In this document: positions 54,497 to 64,000 of the stretch, in pieces
How the letters are laid out: each line of letters starts with the position of its first letter
Numbering within the stretch: position 1 is the stretch's first letter
Source of the DNA: an uncultured beta proteobacterium
GTDB lineage: Bacteria > Pseudomonadota > Gammaproteobacteria > Burkholderiales > Casimicrobiaceae
DNA: 64,000 nucleotides
Direction of reading: 5' to 3'
NCBI GenBank assembly: GCA_963833295.1
Contig: CAWHXL010000007.1
Location: 9,607 to 73,606 of the forward strand
Made by a program: the position numbers and the translations under genes
Notes under the pieces: model-generated
The model's input: the letters and a program-made list of their open reading frames with translations, nothing else
Databases searched by the model: none
Told to the model about the DNA's origin: nothing

Positions 54497-55581
54497 ATGC
54501 CCGAAAACGACGACGCCCGATCGGGGCTCGCCCGCCACCGCGCGGCGATCGACGCGCTCGACCGCGAGATCCTCGAGCGGCTGAACGCGCGGGCCGCGCA
54601 CGCGCAGGCGATCGGCAAGCTCAAGGGCGGCGGCGTCGCCTATCGGCCCGAGCGCGAGGCGCAGGTGCTGCCGCGCCTGCAGGCGGAAAACCGCGGGCCG
54701 CTGTCGAACGACGCCGTCGCCGGCGTGTTCCGCCAGGTGATGTCGGCGTGCCTCGCGCTCGAGCAGCCGCTGCGCATCGCCTACCTCGGCCCCGCCGGCA
54801 CGTTTTCGCACGCCGCGGTGGCCAAGCACTTCGGCGCAGTTCGTCGACGCCGATCCCTGCGCGACGATCGACGACGTGTTCCGCGCGACCGAGAGCGGGC
54901 AGACCGACTACGCGGTCGTGCCGGTCGAGAACTCCACCGAGGGCGCGGTCGGCCGCACGCTCGATCTCATGTGCCAGACGCCGCTCACGATCTGCGGCGA
55001 GGTCAAGCTGCGCATCCGCCAGAACCTGCTGTCGACGGCGACCGCGGTCGGCGACGTCGCGAAGGTCTATTCGCACGCGCAGTCGCTCGCGCAGTGCGTG
55101 CAGTGGCTCGCGCTGCATCTGCCCGACGTGCCGCGGGTCGCCGTGGCGAGCAACGCCGAAGCCGCGCGGCTCGCCGCGACCGAGGCCGGCGCCGCCGCCA
55201 TCGCCGGCGAGATCGCCGCGGCGATCTACGGGCTCAACGTGCTCGCGCCGCACATCGAGGACGAGCCCAACAACACGACGCGCTTCTGGGTGCTGGGCCG
55301 GCAGACGGTGCCGCCGTCGGGCAACGACGAGACGTCGCTCGTGATGTCGGCGCCGAACCGACCCGGCGCGGTCTACAGCCTGCTCGAGCCGTTCGCCACG
55401 CACGGCGTCTCGATGTCGCGCTTCGAATCGCGCCCGGCGCGCACCGGACTGTGGGAGTACCTGTTCTTCGTCGATCGAAGGCCACGCGACGGATGCGCCG
55501 GTGGCCGCCGCGCTCGCCGAGCTGCGCGACAAAGCCCCGTTCCTCAAGCTGTTGGGATCGTATCCGGCAGCGGTTTATTAG
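54497..55581 (+). pseudogene. pheA: bifunctional chorismate mutase/prephenate dehydratase, at least 2 frame changes
   Basis: CM domain: [23 protein letters not shown] (ORF 54497). PDT and ACT: [12 protein letters not shown]..., then [14 protein letters not shown]...TRFWVLG...SRPGAVY (ORF 54876). The tail [35 protein letters not shown] is in a third frame, with TAG at 55579-55581. Confidence 0.85.
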
Positions 55582-55583
55582 GA

Positions 55584-56700
55584 ATGCGCATGACCGCCTC
55601 CTCGCACCGCCGATTCACCTCGCGACCTCGTCGGCGCTCGCGCCGGAGCACGTCCGGCGCATCACGCCGTACCTGCCCGGCAAGCCGATCGGCGAGCTCG
55701 CCCGCGAATTCGGGCTCGCCGAGCGCGAGATCGTCAAGCTCGCGTCCAACGAGAACCCGCGCGGCCCGAGCCCCGCGGTGCGCGCGGCGATCGCCGCGGC
55801 GACCGACGATCTGTGCCGCTATCCGGACGGCAACGGCTTCGAGCTCAAGGCCGCGCTCTCGGCGCGCTACGGCGTCGACGCCGAGCAGATCGTGCTCGGC
55901 AACGGCTCGAACGACATTCTCGAGCTCGTCACGCAGGCGTTTCTGCAGCCGGGCGACCACGCCGTCTATTCGCGCCACGCGTTCGCCGTGTATCCGCTCG
56001 CCACGCAGGCGCGCGGCGCGCATCGGCATCGAGGTCGCCGCGCGCGACTTCGGCCACGACCTCGCGGCGATGCGCGCGCGCGATCACGCCGACGACGCGC
56101 ATCGTGTTCGTCGCGAATCCGAACAATCCGACCGGCACGTGGTTGCCGCCGACGCGCTCGAAGCGTTCATCGCCTCGGTGCCGGAGGACACGCTCGTCGT
56201 GCTCGACGAGGCGTACAACGAATACCTGCCGCCGGAGCAGCACGCGCCGAGCGCCGCGTGGGTCGCCTCGCATCCGAATCTCATCGTGTCGCGGACGTTC
56301 TCCAAGGCCTACGGGCTCGCGGCGCTGCGCGTCGGCTACGGCATCATGCACGCGAAAGTCGCCGACATGCTGAATCGCGTGCGCCAGCCGTTCAACGTCA
56401 ACGCGCTGGCGCAGGCCGCGGCGCTGGCGGCGCTCGCCGACACCGCCTACGTCGACGAGAGCCGCGCGTTCAATCGAGCCGGGCATGCGGCAGCTGGAGG
56501 AGGGCCTGCGCGCGCTGGGCTCTCGTTCGTGCCGTCGCACGCCAACTTCCTGCTGGTCAGGTCGGCGATGCGGCGCAGTCTACCAGCGCCTGCTGGAGCA
56601 GGGTGTCATCGTGCGCCCGGTCGCCAATTACGGGCTGCCGGAGTACCTGCGCGTCACGATCGGGCTGCCCGAGGAAAACCGCCGTTTTCTCGACGCGTGA
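55584..56700 (+). pseudogene. hisC: histidinol-phosphate/aromatic aminotransferase, at least 6 frame changes
   Basis: [18 protein letters not shown]...[13 protein letters not shown] (frame of ORF 54497), [11 protein letters not shown] (ORF 55813), [10 protein letters not shown]...[18 protein letters not shown] (ORF 54876), [14 protein letters not shown]...[17 protein letters not shown] (ORF 56485..56700). The start is ATG 55584 or 55590. Confidence 0.8.
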
Positions 56701-56743
56701 CGGCGGCACTTGCCGGCTGACGACGCGCGCGTCCGCCCCCGCC

Positions 56744-57679
56744 GTGACCGCCGGCGACTCCCCGCGTCGCAACGCTCGTCGTCATCGGCGTCGGGCTGAT
56801 CGGCGGATCGTTCGCGCTCGCGCTCCGAGGCCGCCGGTCGCGTGGGCACCGTCGTCGGCGTCGGCCGCAGCCGCGCGAATCTCGACACTGCGCGTCGACT
56901 CGGCATCGTCGACCGCGCGGTCACGCTCGACGGCGACTGGACGCGCGAGCTGGCGGACGCCGATCTCGTGCTGGTCGCGACGCCGGTCGCGCAATTTCCG
57001 GCGCTGTTCGCGGCGATCGCCGGCCGGCTGCCCGCGCACGCGATCGTCACCGATGCCGGCAGCACCAAGCAGGACGTGATCGCCGCGGCGCGCGCGCATC
57101 TGGGCGATGCCGTTCGCGCTTCGTGCCCGGTCATCCGATCGCCGGCACCGAGCACTCCGGCGCGGCGGCCGCCTTCGCGACGCTGTTCCGCGACCGCAAC
57201 GTCGTGCTGACCCCGCTGCCCGAGACGGATCCCGCGGCCACGGCGACCGTCGCGGGGCTGTGGGAGGCGTGCGGCGCGCAGTGCGCGTGCTCGATCCCGC
57301 GGCGCACGACCGGATCTTCGCCGCGGTGTCGCATCTGCCGCACGTCCTTGCCTTCGCGCTGGTCGATCTCCTGGCGGCGCGACCCGACGCCGACGACATC
57401 TTCCGCTTCGCGGCGAGCGGCTTTCGCGATTTCACGCGCATCGCCGCCAGCTCGCCCGAGATGTGGCGCGACATTTCGCTCGCCAACCGCGACGCGCTGC
57501 TGCCGCCGAGATCGACGCGTTTCGTGCGCAGCTCGACGCGCTCGCCGCGATGATCGCGGCGGCGGACGGCGACGGCGCTCGAAGCGGTGTTCGCTCGCGC
57601 GTCGGCGGCACGGCGCGCATGGGACGCGACGTACGGCGCGGCGCCGCCGGTCCCCGCCGACGGACCGCGCGAACGCTGA
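56744..57679 (+). pseudogene. tyrA: prephenate dehydrogenase, several frame changes; start tentative
   Basis: [17 protein letters not shown] (NAD-binding loop), [21 protein letters not shown] (ORF 56842), [12 protein letters not shown] (ORF 57123), [19 protein letters not shown]...SSPEMWRDI (ORF 57107). The tail is in another frame, with TGA at 57677-57679. Confidence 0.75.
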
Positions 57680-57693
57680 GGGCCGCGGCACCG

Positions 57694-59026
57694 ATGACCG
57701 CGCCCGCCGCCGCTTCGGCCGACCACCTCGACCTCGCGCCGATGACGCGCGCCGCCGGGACCGTCGCGCTGCCCGGTTCGAAGAGCATCTCCAATCGCAC
57801 GCTGCTGCTCGCCGCGCTCGCGCACGGCGACACGATCGTGCGCGGTCTGCTCGACGCCGACGACGTCGACCGGATGCTCGAGGCGCTCACGGCGCTCGGG
57901 ATCCGCATCGATCCGCTGGCGGGCACGCGCGATTTCCTCGTGCACGGGCAGGCAGGCCTGGTCCCGGTCAAGGAGGCGCGACTCTTTCTCGGCAATGCCG
58001 GTACCGCGTTTCGGCCACTGACGGCGGTCCTGGCGCTCGCCGGCGGCACCTACGAGCTCTCCGGCGTCGCGCGGATGCACGAGCGGCCGATCGGCGATCT
58101 CGTCGACGCGCTGCGGTCCTCGGTGCCGACATCCGGTACCTCGGCAATTCCGGGTTTCCGCCGCTGGCAATCCGCAAGCGGCGCGCGGATGCTGCAGGCG
58201 TGCCCGATCGCGTGACGGTGCGCGGCAACGTGTCGAGCCAGTTCACGTCGGCGCTGCTGATGGCGCTGCCGCTGGTGACCGCAGGCGGCGCGCGCGGCGT
58301 CACCGTCGACATCGCCGGCGAGCTCATCTCGAAGCCGTACGTCGCGATCACGACGAACCTGATGCGCCGCTTCGGCGTGGCCGTCGCGCAGGACGGGTGG
58401 CGCTCGTTCACGGTGCCCGCCGGCGCGCGTTACGCGAGCCCCGGCTCGATCCACGTCGAGGGCGACGCGTCGACCGCGTCCTACTTCCTCGCCGCCGGCG
58501 CGATCGGCGGCGGCCCCGTGCGCGTGACCGGCGTCGGCCGCCAGTCGATCCAGGGCGACGTCGCCTTCGCCGACGTGCTGGCGCGGATGGGCGCGGCGAT
58601 CACGAGCGGCGACGACTGGATCGAAGCGGCCGCGGGCGCCGCGCTCGACGGCGTCACCGTGGACTGCCTCGCGATCCCCGACGCGGCGATGACGCTCGCG
58701 GTCGTCGCGCTGTTCGCGCGCGGACCGACGACGCTCACCGGCATCGCGAGCTGGCGCGTCAAGGAAACGGATCGCATTGCGGCGATGGCGACCGAGCTCC
58801 GGAAGCTCGGCGCGACCGTCGACGCCGGCCCCGATCACCTTACCGTCCACCCGCCGCGCGGCTCGCGCCGGCCACCATCGACACCTACGACGATCACCGG
58901 ATCGCGATGTGCTTTTCGCTCGCGGCGTTCGGCGGCGTTCGCGGTGCGCATCATCGATCCCGACTGCGTGCGCAAGACCTTTCCCGGCTACTTCGCCGCA
59001 TTTCGCGCAGATCGCGAGCCGCATGA
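57694..59026 (+). pseudogene. aroA: 3-phosphoshikimate 1-carboxyvinyltransferase (EPSP synthase), several frame changes
   Basis: ATG 57694; [33 protein letters not shown] (ORF 57463), [17 protein letters not shown]...SKPYV...[13 protein letters not shown]...[17 protein letters not shown] (ORF 57123). The proposed TGA overlaps the cmk ATG (ATGA at 59023-59026). Confidence 0.85.
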
Positions 59027-59724
59027 ACGGCGCGATCCCCGTCATCGCGGTCGACGGCCCGGCGGCGTCCGGCAAGGGAACGATCGCGGCGGCTGTCGCC
59101 TCGGCGCTCGGCTTTCATCTGCTCGACAGCGGCTCGCTCTATCGGCTGGTGGCGCTGAAGGCGCTCGAGGCACGGATCGCGCTCGACGCGGAAGGCGCCC
59201 TCGCCGCGGCGGCGCGACGCCTCGACGTGGCGTTTGCGGACGGGCGGATTCGGCTGGACGGCCGCGACGTCACCGAGGCCATTCGCACCGAGGCGGTGAG
59301 CGTGGCGGCCTCGCAGGTCGCGGTCCATCCCGCCGTGCGCGCGGCGCTCCTCGACCGGCAGCGGGCGTTTCGTCGGCCGCCCGGCCTCGTCGCCGATGGC
59401 CGTGACATGGGGACCGTCGTGTTTCCGGACGCCCGGCTCAAGGTGTACTTGACGGCCAGTCCGGAGGAACGGGCGAGGCGGCGGCATAAGCAGTTGATCG
59501 AAAAAGGAATCTCCAGTACAATTGAAAGTCTTTTGCGCGACATCCGGGAGCGCGACGCGCGCGACGCCGGCCGGGCCGTGGCCCCCTTGGCGGCCGCGGC
59601 CGACGCCGTGATCCTGGATACGACCGAGATGACGATCGACGCTGCCGTCCGCTTCGTGCTCGACCGGTTCCGGGGCTTGGGACGCGGCCGCGCCGAAACG
59701 GGTGCGGGCCAAGAGGCGCCGTAG
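59023..59724 (+). CDS. cmk: cytidylate kinase
   Basis: ATG 59023 within ORF 58777..59724: [66 protein letters not shown]. Intact, with TAG stop. Confidence 0.9.
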   Translation: MNGAIPVIAVDGPAASGKGTIAAAVASALGFHLLDSGSLYRLVALKALEARIALDAEGALAAAARRLDVAFADGRIRLDGRDVTEAIRTEAVSVAASQVAVHPAVRAALLDRQRAFRRPPGLVADGRDMGTVVFPDARLKVYLTASPEERARRRHKQLIEKGISSTIESLLRDIRERDARDAGRAVAPLAAAADAVILDTTEMTIDAAVRFVLDRFRGLGRGRAETGAGQEAP

Positions 59725-59867
59725 CGGTCCGGATTGACCGGGCCGTGCAGCAGGGCCGTCCAGGGGTGCTTTAGCCGGCGCATCCGGACGGATTCGACAA
59801 CCAGCCCGCCGCGCGAGAAATAGGGTTCTCGCCCACGGCGGTTTTGACAGAGAAGGAACCAACCCCG

Positions 59868-61600
<1,733 letters not shown>

Positions 61601-61612
61601 GCGGGCCGCGTG

Positions 61613-61984
61613 ATGACCAAATCGGAGCTGATCGACCGCCTGGCGGCGCAGTTTCCGCAGCTGGTCGCCAAGGACGCCGAGCTCGCGGTCAAGATGGTCC
61701 TCGACGCCATGGCCGAAAGCCTGGCGAAGGGGGAGCGCATCGAGATCCGCGGGTTCGGCAGCTTCGGCCTCAATTACCGGCCGCCGCGAACCGGGCGCAA
61801 TCCCAAGTCCGGCGAGAAGGTGCAGGTGCCGCAGAAGCACGTGCCGCATTTCAAGGCCGGCAAGGAATTGCGCGAGCGGGTCGATTTCAAGAACCTGCGT
61901 AATCCGATGCGGGCAGCGACGTCGATGGCGGCAGAGGGCTCAGCCGTTGGCGGCGCTGCCCGTTTCCTCTTGCCGAGGTCATGA
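61613..61984 (+). CDS. ihfB: integration host factor subunit beta
   Basis: [17 protein letters not shown]...[49 protein letters not shown]. The tail is somewhat longer than I expect, and its TGA overlaps the next ATG (61981). Confidence 0.85.
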   Translation: MTKSELIDRLAAQFPQLVAKDAELAVKMVLDAMAESLAKGERIEIRGFGSFGLNYRPPRTGRNPKSGEKVQVPQKHVPHFKAGKELRERVDFKNLRNPMRAATSMAAEGSAVGGAARFLLPRS

Positions 61985-62337
61985 TGCAAGTCCTGCGCTG
62001 GATCGTCGGGGTCGTGCTGTTCTCGCGCTGCTCTTGCTCTCGCTGCAGAATTCCGAGCTGGTCACGCTCAAGTTCTACCACTGGTGGAGCTGGCAGGCGC
62101 CGCTGATCTTCGTCGTGCTGATCGCGTTCGCCGATCGGCGTGGCGGCGGGACTTGCTCGCCGGCGCCGTGCGCTCGGCGCGGCTGAAGCGCCAGCTCAAC
62201 CGCTTGCGCCGCGAGCAGCGCGAACCGCGATGCCGCGCCGCCTGCCGACGGCGCGGTCCGGGCACGCGTGCCCGGTACGACGCCGCGGCTCGGGACCCGG
62301 GTTCGGCGCACGGACGCTTCCGGCCGATCGCCGGTGA
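61981..62337 (+). pseudogene. lapA: LPS assembly protein LapA-like small membrane protein, frame-disrupted; 3' end uncertain
   Basis: ATGATG at 61981 gives [14 protein letters not shown], then LLLLSLQNSELVTLKFYHWWSWQAPLIFVVLIAFA (ORF 61947), then LLAGAVRSARLKRQLNRLRREQR (ORF 62084). Confidence 0.5.
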
Positions 62338-62387
62338 GCCCGCAGCCGATCCGCTTCCCGCACGGCCAACGGCGACTCTCCGCGCGC

Positions 62388-63569
62388 ATGGATTTCGATC
62401 TCTGGTGGCTGCTGCCGATCCCGGCGGTGTTCTTCGCGCTGGGCTGGATCGCCGCGCGCATCGACATCAAGCACCTGCTGCGCGAATCGCGCGCGCTGCC
62501 GCTGTCGTATTTCCGCGGCCTCAATTTCCTGCTGAACGAGCAGCCCGACAAGGCGATCGAGTCGTTCATCGAGGTCGTCAAGGTCGATCCGCAGACGATC
62601 GACCTGCACTTCGCGCTGGGCAGCCTGTTCCGGCGCCAGGGCGAGATCGACCGCGCGATCCGGATGCACCAGAACCTTCTCGACCGCGCCGAACCTGCCC
62701 GCCGACAAGCGCGAGGCGGCGATCTTCGAGCTCGCGCAGGATTTCCATCGCGCCGGGCTGCTCGATCGCGCCGAGGAGCTCTTCACCAAGCTCGACGGCA
62801 CGCCGTTCGAGCATCCGTCGCTCGGCTTCCTGCTGTCGATCTACGAGCAGGAGAAGGACTGGCCGAAGGCGATCGCCGTGACGCGGCGGATGGAGGCGAT
62901 CGCCAAGCGGCCGTACTTCAAGGAGATCGCGCACTACGATTGCGAGCTCGCGCAGGCGGCGCTGCTCAAGACCGATTTCGCCGCGGCGCGCGGCTACATC
63001 GACCAGGCGCTCGCCGAGTACAAGGCCTGCGCCCGGGCGACGATGCTGCTGGGCGACCTCGAGGCGCAGCAGGGCGAGCATGACGGCGGCCATCGACGCG
63101 TGGCAGCGGATCGAAACGCAGAATCCGGCGTTCCTGTCGCTGGTCGCCGAGCGCCTCGCCGACGCGTATCGCCGCCAGGGCAGCACCGCGCAGGGGCTGC
63201 GCGTGCTGAAGTCGTATCAGGAGCAGTAGCCGTCGCTCGACCTCCTCAACACCGTCTTCGCGCTGACGCTCGCGGAGGAGGGCCCGGCCGCCGCCGGGAC
63301 GCTGATCAAGGACGAGCTCGCGCGCAATCCGACGCTGCTCGGGCTCGACCGCCTGCTCGAGGCGCAGCTGCTGGCCGCGCCGGCCGAGCGCCGGCACGAC
63401 CTCGAGCTCGTCAAGCAGCTCGTCGGGCCAGCACATCAAGCGCCTCGGCATGTACAAGTGCGAGCACTGCGGCTTCCGCGCACGCCAGTACTACTGGCGC
63501 TGCCCCGGCTGCGGCAAGTGGGAGACGTACTCGCCGCGGCGCACCGAGACGCCGGATGGCTATGCCTGA
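62388..63569 (+). pseudogene. lapB: LPS assembly protein LapB (TPR plus C-terminal zinc-ribbon), at least 3 frame changes and an in-frame TAG
   Basis: ATG 62388 gives MDFDLWWLLPIPAVFFALGWIAARID...VDPQTIDLHFALGSLFRRQGEIDRAIRMHQNLL. Frame changes lie near 62695, 63085 and 63426. There is a TAG at 63227-63229 in KSYQEQ*PSLDLL. The end is [26 protein letters not shown]..., with TGA at 63567-63569. Confidence 0.8.
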
Positions 63570-63582
63570 TGACCGTAACACG

Positions 63583-63657
63583 CCACGGAGCGGAGCAGTT
63601 CGCAGGCGGGCGCATGCCGCAGCCGCAAGCGCCGCCGCGAACTGCCCCGCTCCGTGG
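63583..63657. repeat. long imperfect inverted repeat (21-nt arms, 33-nt spacer) downstream of lapB
   Basis: ccacggagcggagcagttcgc (63583-63603) pairs with gcgaactgccccgctccgtgg (63637-63657), 20 of 21 complementary. No U-tract follows. Confidence 0.6.
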
Positions 63658-63739
63658 CGCGGTGCTTGCCTCATCCCAGGCCCGCCGCCAATCGCATCCG
63701 CGCCGAAGCATTGCGACGAACGATCAAGGATACCTGCCC

Positions 63740-64000
63740 GTGAACATTGCCGATCCGCGCGTGATCGTCGCGCTCGATTTCGCCAATCCGATGCACGCGC
63801 TCGCGCTCGCCGACCGGCTCGATCCCGCCGCGTGCGCGCTCAAGGTCGGCAAGGAGATGTTCGTCGTCGCCGGCCCGGAGCCGGTGCGCTGGATGATCGA
63901 GCGCGGCTTTCGCGTCTTTCTCGACCTCAAGTTCCACGACATTCCGAACACCGTCGCACAGGCCTGCGCCGCGGCCACGCGCCTCGGCGTGTGGATGCTG
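63740..64000 (+). CDS. pyrF: orotidine 5'-phosphate decarboxylase (5' part; runs off the window)
   Basis: GTG 63740 has AAGGA 10-14 nt upstream and gives [41 protein letters not shown]...[13 protein letters not shown]. The DxKxxDIPNT motif is present. Confidence 0.8.
   Translation, partial: MNIADPRVIVALDFANPMHALALADRLDPAACALKVGKEMFVVAGPEPVRWMIERGFRVFLDLKFHDIPNTVAQACAAATRLGVWML

Overview
The window is GC-rich (judged by eye, not computed) and looks like Betaproteobacteria, probably Burkholderiales. No rRNA, tRNA, CRISPR array, transposase or integrase was seen.

Positions 31.7-64 kb hold housekeeping genes in a recognisable order:
- ThDP enzyme, prmB, dapE, pilU, an MTA/MTI phosphorylase, def, glnD, map, dapD
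- a LytS/LytTR pair, dapC, a GspC-like gene, gph, ubiG, an amidohydrolase, ompA
- gyrA, pheA, hisC, tyrA, aroA, cmk, rpsA, ihfB, lapA, lapB, pyrF

Positions 0.3-31 kb look accessory:
- a secreted protein with three near-identical 258-bp tandem repeats
- a large regulator with two cyclase domains, an AAA ATPase and TPR repeats
- a glycan-type island at 7.1-19.7 kb: two MurG-like glycosyltransferases, a deacetylase-like gene, a GT4 enzyme, a histidine phosphatase, two methyltransferases and an ABC exporter with degenerate ATPase motifs. A cNMP-binding protein, an HD-like protein and a membrane class III cyclase sit inside it.
- a Yej/Opp-type peptide ABC importer
- an operon of a Cache-HAMP-3xGAF histidine kinase, a receiver protein and a receiver-cyclase fusion

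The main technical observation is that about two-thirds of the genes can only be read by hopping between frames. This includes gyrA, rpsA, map, def, aroA and glnD. gyrA and lapB also carry in-frame TAG codons. I label these genes 'pseudogene' because that is what the sequence shows, but consensus error is at least as likely as real decay.

All family names come from motifs read by eye. No database search was run.
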